Source: Dimorphilus gyrociliatus
Lineage: Eukaryota > Animalia > Annelida
Assembly (NCBI GenBank): GCA_904063045.1
Contig: CAJFCJ010000060.1
Location: 1-64,000 of the forward strand
Length of the DNA stretch: 64,000 bases
Direction of reading: 5' to 3'
The notes beneath the pieces are model-generated. The model saw only the letters and a program-made list of their open reading frames with translations. It was not told where the DNA came from and did not search any database. Shown here piece by piece: positions 39,139-52,700 of the stretch (within the stretch, counting starts at the first letter, position 1; the number at the start of each line of letters is the position of its first letter). The position numbers were made by a program, and so were the translations under genes.

Positions 39139-40072
39139 TTCTTTAAGGAGAGGAGAAGTCTGTACACTTATGAACTATAGACAATAGATATGATATTAAT
39201 GATACTTACAACATGTTGCTAGAAGTAGTGGAGTAGATGTTGCCTCTAGGGTAGATGGTACCGAACTACCAGAATCAAGCCCTTTTATAGGCAAAAGATA
39301 AGATATTACATAACCAAACATGTTGACAACAACACCAAGTGTTTATTTACATAAGTATGATGTAACAATTGACCCTTAAGGGTTTACCTACACAAAGTTG
39401 TTGTTGTTTACATCACTATTGCATAATATGATAACCCTTGACCCTGTTTGTTGTGAATAATCCTTATCTGAAGTTAGACCCTTGTTGTTGACACCAATGG
39501 CACAAACAACTGATAAGGAATTGTATATAAGACAGAGCATAGGTAGTAAGAGGCATTCAGTCCTGAATCAACCCTCTTAGTCAACAGGTCTAGTATTACT
39601 TTAGAATACAGTTATATTGTTCTTACAAATTGGTTCTATATTCATCTTTATTCAATTCTACATCTCTTCTAAGTGGCTGACTGCTAATTCGGTTCTATTT
39701 GGACCAGTGCTTACCTACAACCCCATAGCAGGAAAGTACAGTTACTGTGGTTGAAATTACAATTCATTCCTTTTTACAAACTTATAAGTTATAATTTATT
39801 ACAGTTTGCCTTCTATTTAAAGAAGGTGTAGGGCTTAATTCTGACAGTATAAAACTTTGGATTAGTAATTTCCCTTTGGTTCAAATTTTGCTTATATGGA
39901 AAAATAATGAAATAGAGTTTTGGGTTCAGTAAAACTTATAGAGAGAATGAGTTAATTAGAATAAGATAAAAAAAAACACAATTTGATATAAGAGAGATAC
40001 TATTCAAAAACAGTTTGGAGGACATATTTAATTTTAGCCCTTTTTACATAGGTCTATGCTTCAAAAATGGTA

Positions 40073-43000
40073 TTAATAAAATTGTTTTCTCTTTTGTAAA
40101 ATTTTCTTAGTAAGATCTCCAATTGAATAAATGTTATTCTTTGCATTTTCACTGTCCAATCTCTTAAATTCTTTCCATTTAAGGAAATAGTTCTTTTGTT
40201 GTTTCTAAACAAATTAACAATATAGCATGACTTATTTAGTATAATTGTTATATATGATATATAATCAAAAAGTTTCATTCACTTCCTTGTAAATTGTACA
40301 GGCAATGGATGTAAAGTAGAAGCACTCTCTCTAGCAGAAATTATAGACTAAGTTACATTTTTAAATTGGGCCTCTCAATTAAAAAAACAAAGTGTATAAA
40401 ACTTGTGACTATTTGATATTACAATCTAACATTGTAACCAATATCCTTTATTGTGATATCTCCCTCCAGTGCCAATTGATTTTCATGACAAAAATAAAGA
40501 CCATAAACAACATTACGCAACAATATGAAATATTGGAGATTATTATAAAGTTTTTTATTGAATTCTAGTTGATCATAGAAAAAAAATGTTCCATGTTGGA
40601 AAATGTGATTATTTTTGGCTTCTTTATAAAAATTAATGACTGTTTTTTTTTTAAAAGATATTTTGAAGAAATTTTTTAACTAACTAAAAAGATTGTTATA
40701 CAAAACCTCTAACTATCAGATTATCTTCAGCATTTTTAACTGCTGCCATCCTGATCAAAAGAAAGAGATGAAATAAGAAAAATAATTCAAATATAAAAAA
40801 ATAACAAACAATAAAACCTTATTGAGATGATTTTTTCAATTTTCATTTTAATCAATTCACTAAAATCTCTATATGAATTTAGAAAAGGGTTAATAGTAGA
40901 ATTGAGTGGTAGGCATAGAATGATGATTATTAAATAAATGTCATTTCTTAAATGAATATTCAATGCAATTGATATTGTTTCTGTGTTGAAAACAGAAAAA
41001 AAGTTTTATCATTTAACTGATGACAGACATGACCCTAAGGCTTCACAGAAATCCCTATAAAAGAAGAGTCACTGAACACAAAATTCAACATTACTTGCTC
41101 ACCCTTAAATGAGTGTAGAACTGATGTTACTCAATACTAAACTGTATCTAATAGAAGATCTAATTGTTGTTGATTTTATATTCTACACATCTTAAACTAC
41201 CCTACTTGCCAAAGAAAAGCAATAGCTGTTCAAGACACAGTGAATGAGAAAAGTACAACAATTATACAAACCAAGTATTGAAATTGGAAGCCAACCAACA
41301 AGGTTTGTTAAAATTGTAAGGGAAACCATTATATATACTTTTGTAGATGTATTTTTATTGTTATTTTTATGTTTTTTAAATTTTAAATTAGACTTGTACA
41401 CTGCTATCATAATGTGAATGCAAAGGAAACCAACAGTTATGCCAATTATAGGGAAATATAGGCCAAAAATTAGATACATGTAAATCCAATCTTTTACTTT
41501 ATTGCTTTGTATGTGTAAGTTGAAGCAAATTGGTGATTCTGTTATATTATCCTAAATTTGTCAAAAAATGGAAAAGAATCTTTTTATTAACAATATTTTT
41601 TGAATAAATAACAAAAATGTGATTACATCATAAATAAAAATTTGTAAAGTGCACATAAAAAGTGATAAGAGAATGATTAGTATACCAAAAATATACCTAT
41701 ACATTGATTGTATAGGCTTTTTCAATGGATAAATTATTGCTTTATACTTTTCAAGAGTGATTAGTAAATGACTATTACTAGACAGTATAAGGGAGAAAAT
41801 TATAAGCTTTCCAAGAAATTTACAAAGAAAACTATTCCTCCAGAAATCATCATTTTCTATGTAAATTTTATGGTAATGTATATCAACTGAAGCTATAATA
41901 CATATATAAATAGAAGTGAGAAAATCACTCAAATTCAACAAAATTCTATACACTATTATTGAAAAATCTTGTAATAATAGCAAAGAAAAAGAAATTACAT
42001 TTCCAATTAGTCCCAATATGCCAATGATTAAAAACAATGCACGTATATAGCTTGCATTTAAAAGACTTGAACAATTCATAAGAAAACTAGTATTTGGATG
42101 GCAGACAACCTGTCTACCAATATACTTCCAGACCAAACAACATAATTTATATTTTTCAGTAAACAGCTTTTTAATATTTTCAAGAGATTGAATGACTTTG
42201 TTGTCAGTTAAATGAAATGTTGTTCCATTTAAGTGGAGTTCATGCAAATTTTTTAAATTACTAAAAAATGAAGATTCAATTTTTGAAAAATGGCAATTGG
42301 TCAATTTTAAAATTGATAAATGTTTAAAAGAAGATATCTCATAAACTAAATTTGTTATAGGATTATTGGAAAAATCTAGATATCTCAAATGGATGGGATT
42401 AAAACTTTGTACAATGGAGATATTATTCAGTTTGTTATCAGCCAAATCAAGATATTGAAGAATCTTTAATTTGAGAATTGGCTGATGTTGAAAATACACT
42501 TTTTTTACTCTAATTGTTAGAAATACAAGATTGGGAAAATTTTTAAAAATGGATATATTCAAAATTTCATTATGGCTAATTGATAAAACTGTAGTTTGAA
42601 ATAAAATTTCAGAAATATTAAATGTAAAATTGCCAATAATATTGAGTTTTTTGACTGATGAATAATTCAGATTCAAAATTTGTTCACTTTTTCCATTTGT
42701 CTCCTTTTCATTTATTGTACATTTGTAATTGTAAATAACATTTTGTTGTTGGCAGAATTGATTTGATAATAGGTGAATATCACATAATATTTCATCACTT
42801 CCATATTTACAATCAATAACTCCATTGCAAACTCTCTTATTAAAAATATAATTTTTTTCATTTCTACAACTGAAAAAGCCTCTCAGATAGAAATCATCTG
42901 AGTTTTAATAAAATCTAATTTATATTTTCTGCATTAAAGATCAGATTAGAGAAATGACAACTGTCTTAAAATATTTTAATGCAGCATAATTTCTCTAACT

Positions 43001-46000
43001 TTACTTATGTAAATTATTACCACAAATTGATTCATCATCATTATGTAAACAATGATTAATTCCATCACAGACTTGCTCAATTGAAATACAATACTTTGTA
43101 CCAGTGCATAAAAATTCGTTTGGTTTACAATGTGTTTTTTGACAGTTTGAAAAATCATTGAAAGGGGGATACATTTTTCTTTGGGTATTACCAGATGAGT
43201 CATAGCTTAAAAGACAAGGAGTAGTTTTAACTTCATAGTGAGAACAGAATTCATATTTCTCATCTTGTCCATCTGCACAATCTAATTGAAAATCACAAAC
43301 TCTATTCAAATTAATGCATTTCTCTCTACAAGGGAATTGGACAGCTCTTCTACAATCTGTCAAGTACAGTTTTACTGATAAATGTGTTTCAATGACAAAA
43401 GAAATAAATATTTTACCTTTTCTAAAATTTTCAGTGATAGCTTGACTATTCAAACAATTCTCATCACTATTATCAAAACAATTTTTTTCATTATTACATA
43501 CTTTCACACTGTCTAAACATTGTCCAATTGTACATTTTCTGAAACAGAAGACATTTTACTTAATTATTAACTGAGAATATCATGAAGTTTATGATTATAA
43601 AGTGTAATAGTTAGGCAAGTAGATAAAGTTGACTACATCATGAATGCTATCTATATTTATGTCACATTCCCCTGACAAGGACTTAATCATCATTTCAATC
43701 TCACATTCAAAAGAGTTGGCTGGGATAAACTTGGCTTTGTCATTTCTGTCTTTATCATCAACCTAACATATACACATACACATAATTATGTATATATTAC
43801 ATTTCATTGGTTTTACATTGTCTTCTGTCTGTTGAAAAATTTCAAGTATATAAAATTTTTGACAAAGTCATGCAACATAAATGTATTATTGAAGAAATTA
43901 TTCAAAATCCTACTGCAGAATTCTTCATCTGAACCATCTGAGCAATCCTTTATAAAATCACAAACTAAAGTATAGCTTATGGATACAGGTGACGAAACAC
44001 AATGAAATAGTGCAACTTCTGAATGGATTGAGCAGTTGCTTTCATCTTCAGACAATGGACAATCTGCCTTTCCATCACAAACATATACTATATTGATATA
44101 TATTTGATTATGAGTACAAACAAAAGTATTTTCATGATTAGTTAAACTGAAATTAAATGTATTGAGTTTTAATTGAATATTTCCAATTAGGCTATTTTCT
44201 GAACCTAAAACATAATCATTTATTAAAAAAATAGATTTAAAACATTTCAAGTTGTAGGCCAGAATATTTGATTACTTTTAATAGTTTGGCACATGTAATA
44301 TGTCTGTGATATATCATCACAATTAATCTGCATTATCTTCCAATCTGAAGATAATTTTAAAAATTAAAGTCTATTAATCTTGGAAGTAATTTACTTATGA
44401 GGCGTTCTCTTATGTCTATTAATTCATCCTATAAAAGAGGTAGATTGTATGAATCAGTTAAAAATTTCATCATCTAAAACTCAAAAATTATTTACTGTAG
44501 AAAATTCTAAACAATTGCCTTTAAATTTCTTCAGAGTAACCACTTTGTTTTTCAAAAAAGAAAGAGCAACTTCTTTAGATTCATCAGCGGATGTACCCTG
44601 TAAATGCAGAGTATAATATGTATATATCACATGACTCAGGCTGTCCTGTGGACAATTGGAGGTTGACTTAAGAACTAATCCCAAAAACTATCAACTATAT
44701 TGAAAGATTGTGTTAGAATTCAGGAATATTCTTGTAGATGTAGAGTCAAGACCTCACTCATCATGAACAAATGCTATTCAGTCTCTTTAAGTCTACTGCT
44801 GTATATGGTGAATGATAAAATATTTACCATATATATTTGTAAGATATAGCTTGGATAAAATGAAAGAGGAATGTTGGACAATGTTACATTGATTTTCTTT
44901 CCTTTAAAGTCTTTAGTTTTTAAAGCTGTTTGGCAAAGATAAAAGAAATTTTTTCCCCTTTTCAAAAATTAAAAAATGTATACAACCATTATATACTCCA
45001 AAGTTGAATGCAAATTCACCAATTGAACTAAAATAATATGAAAATATTTCTACAGTTGTAGATAAATCTTGAAGGATATTTGTAGTTGGAAAATCAGCCA
45101 AAGTAGAATTTAACTTTTCACAATTGTCTTTCATTTGAGAAAAAGACAATGGCACATTCTGCTTAAAAAATGTATAGCAAACATTGTTAAGTTGAAAAGA
45201 CTTGTTTGCAGAACATGACAATTCTAATTTTTAAATGAAAAATATTCAATACAATAAGTGATGATAGTCTAAATTTGTATTTTACCAAAGTTACTACAAC
45301 CAAGCATAAAATTTGTTATGGAAATTTCTCTGTTGATAGGGAAAAAAACTATTATTCCAATTCTAAATTGCAGTTTGGGCAAATCAACTAACCCTAGACT
45401 CTTTTTAAAAAACCAACAATCAGTAATGTGTTTAGCATCTGGTTTACAGTACAAATAGGCTGATAAGTATGATGAATGTCTAGTGCCACCTCCAATATAC
45501 CATGCATTTTTATAGCCACGACTCTTACAAAAAACACTGTGTTCATGATGATAAACAAAACCAAAATTATCCCATTTTTCATGTAATCTATAGTTTAGAA
45601 CACCATAAATCTCATTAAATTGATTCATAGCAGTCTGTTGAAATTTGTAGTCTAAATCATGAGAAGAAAAAGAAGAGGAAGAGTTAACTGTTGTTTGTTT
45701 TGTTTTGTTTGTTTGTTTACTGTTTTCATTTATTTGCCTCATACAATTTGGCATGAAAATACGATAATCATTTATTTTTTCAGGTAAATAATTACAATTT
45801 AAAAATGTCTTTGATCTATATGAACAAGTCATCATTGATTTTAAATTTAAAGTTTCTTTATAACTTGGAAAAATTGTTTGACAATATTTCACATTTTCAA
45901 CAAGAAATAAATTAATACATAATTGTTTACAAATCAAATTTATATGTCTTTTATTAATAATTTTGAAAATTGGAGGAAAAAGTCCAAATGTTTTTGACAG

Positions 46001-46960
46001 AAAGAACACATTCATAAACCTTTGCTTTTCGAAAAGCCTAGAAAATATCTCACTGTCTTTATCACCTTTTATGAACTCTTTTACTTTAAGATCTGTTATT
46101 TTGGAAAAGACAATACAATAGTGTTTTTGTGTCTAAAAAATAATTAATTTCTATTTTATATTTATAAACACAGACCTTCTAGTTCTTTATAACTGCACTG
46201 AATCACTGCTCCTGCAGCTCCTTTTGCCAATTCCTTAGTTATATTGATATCTAATAAAAGATTGCCACTGAATGAAATTATATAAGTAGAATTGTCAGTT
46301 TGTAAAGTATTTTTTGTGAAAAATTGAGACTGTTTGCAAAGATTTTTCCTGTTTTTTGAATTTTTACTAATTGGATAAATATTTTGTCCATTTTTCAAAT
46401 ACAACTCAAAATCATTGTATCCAATTTTAAAGGCAAAAATGTCTATATTTTAATAAGAATATTCAAAATGATTATATTCATTTACTCATTCAGATGTTAA
46501 ATAAAAAAAGAAACTTGTACATGTACTATTTCTTTTATAGCATTTCAAACAAGACCGATAGTTTTCTGTCTTAGGAAGATGTTTACTGAAATAGGGCCAA
46601 AATGGTGGAAAAATCATTTTAACAATCAAAAATTTAATGACTAACATTTTGCAACATTGGCCACCTACTACAACTAAATATCCTTGTATATCATATTTTT
46701 CAAGTGGATAACAAGGGAATACATTGGAATGTAATGAGTCATAGGCAAAATGTTGACATATTATATTACTCTCATAAGTAGTCTTTATTGAATGTGCTGC
46801 CCATTCAGGTCCATTGTTTGAGTCAAAAAATAAATAGCCCTCAATTGAACTATAAGTTTCCAGGTACACTTGAAAATGCAATTTGATGTTTTCTTCAGAA
46901 GCAAAAACTGTTGTTTTTGAATGAAGAAAAAAAGAGACAAATAGATAATTGAACATATCT
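40073..46960 (-). CDS. Multi-exon GRL101/LGR-like GPCR: SRCR-like, C-type lectin-like, multiple LDLa, LRR, 7TM, kinase-like tail
   Basis: LDLa repeats (VCDGKADCPLSEDESNC, VCDFIKDCSDGSDEEFC, VCDFQLDCADGQDEKY, VCDGINHCLHNDDESIC), LRRs (LQYLDLADNKL, LRYLDFSNNPI), hinge LCCL, TM3 ITLEKY, TM6 GWLPISIL, TM7 LPLNSTINPF; 5' end and some exon borders uncertain. Confidence 0.87.
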
Positions 46961-47479
46961 TGATATATTTTTCATTCGTCTTCTTCCTCCTTTAGCTGCA
47001 AATGATTTCCAATTTGTAAAAGATTTTCTTTTTAATTACTTTAATTAAATGTTATGAAAAAAAAATTTTTCTTTATTTTTTCATGAATAAAAATCATTTA
47101 TTTCAGCAAAATTGAAATATTTTAATAATGAAAAATATTAAATAACATTGAAAAATAATGAAAACAAGAAATTTTCTCTAAATTTCATTAAATGAAAATA
47201 ATTTATTACTTTGTTGAAATTTAAGAAAATATATGAATTCAACCAATAAAAAATCTTTATATTTTCTTCACTTATTAAATGAATTGTTGGTAAAATTCTT
47301 CTGAAGAAATGGATGCAGTTGCTGTTCAGTAATAGGCTAGTCCTTAATGTGGGTTCTCCATTTTCAGGATACCCACTGACGTATATCACTGGGGCTAAAG
47401 CAAGAGTGCAAACCATAGGGTGCACAAACCCTAATCCCAAAACCTAACCCTGTTCTGCTCCCAAACAATTGTCAAAAAT

Positions 47480-48500
47480 CCATTTTTCCTTTCCTCCTTT
47501 GATATATTTTCTTTCTGTTAACTCATGTTCAAACTTTTTTTAGACTGCTAAACACTTGCGTTCAGTAATTCCATAGTTTTTTTCCAAAGCTGTCAACTTC
47601 TTGCTTGCCCATCTTATGATGACTCTGCACATTCCTTTATCTGTTCATGCTCCATTGCTACAGTCCTTTTAATCCATCAGTAGCGTTGATGTTTTCTCAC
47701 TATACTTTGGTATAAATTCTAAAATTCGGCATTAAAGAAGATATTGGAAAGAAAAGTGTACAGCTAGAACAAGTCTTGGACTACATGACAAATAAGTTGG
47801 ATCAACACTCAGATCAATTAAATTATGCAAAGCAAATTGGCATTGACCCTTCAGTAACAAAAACTGGAAGATATTTTATGGCATGGGTGAATAAACCACT
47901 ACAAACTATTATTAATTTCCTTATTCCTGCAACAGCAATGGGTGCAATTGGAACAATATTGTATTGGATAAAAACAAAACAGATTCACAAAAACATAATG
48001 CAAGGACTACTGAACAGATTTAGAAGGACAAAAGATATCCAATCCATTGAAGAAGGTCAACCCTTGAAGATTGTCAGCAGCAGGAAAGGACAAGTTATTA
48101 TTGCCCTTGTTGAACCATCAGTGGAATTATGCTTTAAGAAGAGGAGAAGTTTGTACACTTATGAACTATAGATAATAGATATGATATTAATGGTACTTAC
48201 AACATGATGCTAGAAGTCTAGTATTACTTTAGAATACAGTTATATTGTTCTTACAAATTGGTTCTATATTCATCTTTATTCAATTCTTCATCTCTTCTAA
48301 GTGGCTGACTCCTAATTCAGTTCCATTTGGACCAGTACTTACCTACAACCCCATAGCAGGAAAGTACAATATCATTGATATAAATCTCAATTTCATCACT
48401 ATAAATATCTTTGAATATTTTACTCATGATTCACTGCAAAATCTGTGGAGAGTTTTTAAATCCCATTGCCATTGTGATTAAATGCAAAGGCTGTCCTTTT
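47480..48500 (-). mobile_element. Relic of an unrelated Ty3/Gypsy RT/RNase H, interrupted by a lineage A fragment
   Basis: MAMGFKNSPQILQ.IMSKIF...IEIYINDI at 48369-48500; FIPKYSEKT and RWASKKLTALEKNYGITERKCLAV at 47500-47715. Confidence 0.7.
47716..48368 (+). mobile_element. Second copy of the lineage A 3' end (env TM tail, PPT, internally deleted LTR)
   Basis: Near-identical to 38727-39740 but lacking ~39227-39589. Confidence 0.93.
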
Positions 48501-48965
48501 CCAATATTTTCTAATAAATAAAATTTACTTATCCAGTTTCACTTTCCCTTATTCATTTTACTTTTTTCCTGTTGGTCTCTTTCATTTGCTTCCTCTTCTT
48601 TCTCAATCTTAATTCTTGTCCTGTTACCTTTATATTTTTTTTCCAAATTCTCAGCTCAATTCTCCAATTGGTGACCAAACCTACTTGTACCTGTCACCAC
48701 ATTCATCCAACAATTTTCTCTTGATTTTCCCACTAATTAAAAAACTCACAATATTTTGGAAGTGTTGCTCCTTTTTTCAAGTGAGTGGAAAAGTGACTGT
48801 TTAATTTGCACCAGACTGACTGTTAAGGAGCTTATTGTTCTTTAGAATGGATACTAGTTTTATCCTAAAGCTATAATATATGATCTCCTGTGAATCAATG
48901 CAGTTTTGAAGAAAGCAAAGTCAAAGAGCTGCAGACATTTCTACAGGAAAATTGATTTTCTCCAC

Positions 48966-49702
48966 TGTACTTAGTTGTATTGTAATTGTAGGAATTTCTG
49001 CTTCTTCAGAACAGTATTCGTCTTTCCAATCATTTATCAAATTACCAAAGTACTGGTCCAATTAGAACCTTTCAAGTTCGTCCACAAATAGTCTTAACAA
49101 ATGTAATTTTGGTAGAAATAATTCAACAAAATACCAGTATTTCGTCCGAAGAATATGTATTGAGTAAATGAGTTTCTAGTTCTAAACAAGTAAGTTTAAA
49201 CAACCAGTTAATGGTTAAAGAACTGAACTGACAAGCTGAGGAAATGCATTTCCTTTTATACATTTTCCAAAGCTTGGGTTCAAGTGGTCAAAGGATTACA
49301 AAGTTGAAATCTGACGGTCTCATAATTCTCATGTAACAAAAATATGAAAGACTGTTATATCACACATATAAAATATAATCCTAAGATTAGGGCCACATGC
49401 CAAACATGTGCCACAGCAAGCAGGCCTGTCTCATCAGCATCTGGTGTTTGACCTGCATCTTTTCCATGTTCTTTGTTCCTTTGTTAATTCCCCAAGTAGC
49501 CACCATCTGTTACAGTCAAAGAGTCTATTTCTTACGAAATAGAGTTCTTTCTAAAGTACTAAAAACTAACTCTACAAAATAAAAGTCTTTCTAAAGTTCC
49601 ACCACTATAATTCCTACAAAATATAAGTATTTCTATAGTTGCACCAGTCTAATTGCTATAAAATAGAAGTCTTTCTAATGTACCCTTATATCTAAGTGCA
49701 CA
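48966..49702 (-). mobile_element. LTR, inverted copy of the 61066-61700 type
   Basis: TG...CA termini; reverse-complement match to 61100-61700; U5 shared with the 56456 LTR; flanks tccac/aatcc are not a TSD. Confidence 0.9.
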
Positions 49703-49718
49703 AATCCAATATATTAAA

Positions 49719-52700
49719 TTGGCAAAAAGAGCAGAAATTTACTTTAATAATCCAAGGAGAGAAGATGAAAATGAATTCAAGCAATTCAAAAAAAGATTTG
49801 ATAACAATAACAGTTATGCAAATGATAATGACCATAAATTTACACCTTTTTCTCAAAATAGGACCCATCAATACCAAAGATCTGGAAATGAGAGAGGTAC
49901 CTTCAACAGATTAATTCATGCTGAACCTGATCAACCTAATGAAAGAGAAACTTCCAAGGGTACAATGGCAATATTTAATCTTAAAGAGGAGAAAGTTGCA
50001 CATTTCAAGTGCACATCTCAAATAAAAGGAAGAGATGATTTCCAATTTCGTTTGAAGAATCATAATGGAAGAGAAGTGATTGCATTATGTGACACAGGAG
50101 CACTCATGTCATTTATCACTGAAAAAAAAATTAAATTATTGGACCAAAAATGGGTAAAGAAAGAAACCACTTCATTACCATTAATAACTTCAGCTGATGG
50201 AAATGCTTTGAAATCTAAAGGTAAAGCAAAACTTAACAGACAATTTGCTGGAAGAATAATGGAACAAGAATTCTTTATAATGGAAAAATTGGATATGGCA
50301 ATAATTTTGGGATGTGACTTCTTAAGAAAGTCTGGAGCAATAATCAACTTTGCAATTAAACAAGTTTCACTCCCATTCTTTATAAGAAAAGGAGAACCCG
50401 TTAAAACTTTTCTACAAAAAAGACAAAAGGATCAAACACACAAAAGAAACCAAGGGAAACCTAACAAACTAACTGTAGGAATGATTGGACAATATGCTCA
50501 TGAACATGATGACCCATCTGAAGTGTCAGATAGTGTGGATTCAGATATGGATATTACTGAGCCAGATACTGGATATGATACAAGTAATACTTATGGCTCA
50601 AATGAAACTTTGAGTTCTTCTGAAAATTATGATACAGAGATGAGTAATGAACCAGAGCATAACTCAGACTCAGATTTGGATATTGTTAATGGTATAAAGT
50701 CATCTGAAGAAGAAGCCAATAATATTTTTGAGTCTGACAATGATTCAATCATTATTATAGATTCATCTGAAGAAGAAAATGGCAACATAACAGATTCACA
50801 CAATAACTCAGTTATTATCATTAACTCATCTGCTGAAGAAACTGAAACTGAATCTGAAGAATTAATTACAGAAATGGAAATGAAAACACAATACATAGAA
50901 TTAAAGGATGGAATAACTATCAAAGTTGAAAAAGAACAAATGAAAACTCCAGCAACTCCTGAGATAGAAGAATTACTGCTGGAAAGTGTTGAGTTTGAAC
51001 ATATGTCTAATCAAAATATACACCACATTAATTCAAATACAGTAGAAATTGACAACTATTTACATGTGTCCAAAAATAATCCTGACAAAATCAGGGAAGA
51101 ATTGAAAGAAATCATCAAGAATTATGAAGACATTATTGCTACAAATCAAAATGACATTGGCTCACCAGATGTTCCACCAATGGCAATTGAATTATTGGAA
51201 GATGTGAAACCTTTTAAACAAAGACCATACAGATTACCACCCAACAAACAACAGGAATGCAGGGAACAACTTAATGGATTATTAGCAAATGGTTTGATTA
51301 GAGCAAGCAAAAGCCAATGGGCTTCACCAATCGTTTTTGTGAAAAAGAAAGAAGGAACATTCAGAATGTGTGTAGATTACAGAAAACTTAACAAGTATTC
51401 AAAAAAGAATTGTTATCCAATCCCACACCAAGAAGATTTATTTGACAAACTTGGAGGAGGACATAAATACTTTTCCATCTTGGATTTGACAAGTGCATTT
51501 CACCACATCCCTATCAAGGAAGAAGACAAAGAAAAAACTGCTTTCATAACACCATTTGGTCTATTTGAATTTAATCGAATGCCTTTTGGTTTAGCAAATG
51601 CACCCTCACACTTCAGCTATATTATGGCAAATTTTGTCATAAATGGATTAGAAAATTTCTGTATTAACTATATGGATGATATTATTGTTTTTACAAAACA
51701 TTGGAGGAACACTACACAAGTCTACAGAAACTGATGGAAAGAATCAAAGAAAAGGACTTCAGAATCAAGTTAAGCAAATGTGCATTTCTACAAGAATCAG
51801 TACAATTTCTTGGTCATAGAATTACACAGAATGGTATTGAAACTGATCCAGAAAAGATTCAAAAGATAAAAGATGCTGAATTACCAATGTTTGCAAATAC
51901 TTTACTAAGTTTTGTAGCATTTTGTGGTTATTATAGAAGATTCATCAAGGACTTTGCAAAAATTACAAAACCATTGAGAGAATTATTAAAACTACATCAG
52001 AAGACTGAAAGACTAAAATGGACTACAGAAGCAGAGAAAGCGTATCAGACACTAAAGAAATCAATGACAGAACCACCAATACTTCAACTACCTGATTTTA
52101 GTAAACCATTCTATCTAACAACAGATGCCTCCAATTATGCAGTTGGTGCAGTTTCAGAACAAGAATGGGAAGAAGATGGAAAGAAAATAAGAAAGCCAAT
52201 TTCTTTTGCTTCAAAACTCCTAATCAATACACAACTAAGGTATGCAGCTTATCAAAAAGAAGCTTTTGCAGTCTATTGGGCAGTACAAAAATTCTCCCAT
52301 TACTTGCAGTATAAGAAATTTTTTCTTTACACTGATCACCAAAATTTGGTACAAACATTTGTACAAAACAAATTAAATTCAAGTACTGTTAAATGGGTTG
52401 TGGCACTTATGGATATGGACTTTGAAATAATTTACATACCTGGAAGAACCAACAGAGCAGACTGGATATCCAGAATTGGAGAAACTGATGAAGTTATTGA
52501 TTTCCGAAATTTACTAAAGGAAAGACTAAATGAAGAAAAACAAAATGGCAATACAATTCCACAATTAGCAGAAAGAAAGGATATGCTTAAATGCTTTTAT
52601 ATTGATACAGAAGATTTAGAAGACTTAGCTGATTGTTTGGATGACATTTTAGACAATAATGATGGTTATGATGAAGAAGCAGATGACAAAAAATTACAGA

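Larger units (their letters stand above)
33911..39740 (+). mobile_element. Ty3/Gypsy LTR retrotransposon with env (lineage A), 5'-truncated
   Basis: RT-RNase H-IN-env in a single frame, PPT aaggagaggagaag at ~39144-39158, 3' LTR 39161-39740 (TG...CA); gag, protease and 5' LTR absent. Confidence 0.95.

Noticed and set aside
40054-40278. Listed 74-aa ORF as the GPCR C-terminus
   Set aside because: A different frame (KQQKNYFLKW...IYSIGDLTKKIL, 40204-40073) aligns with the paralogue and has a proper acceptor
48945-48965. Possible primer-binding site (TGGAGAAAATC...) after the minus-strand LTR
   Set aside because: It does not match any tRNA 3' end I recognise, and no gag follows on that strand
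51680-51734. Programmed ribosomal frameshift between ORFs 49719-51734 and 51701-56017
   Set aside because: It falls inside RT just after YMDD, and lineage A is continuous here; a 1-nt loss in an A run explains it
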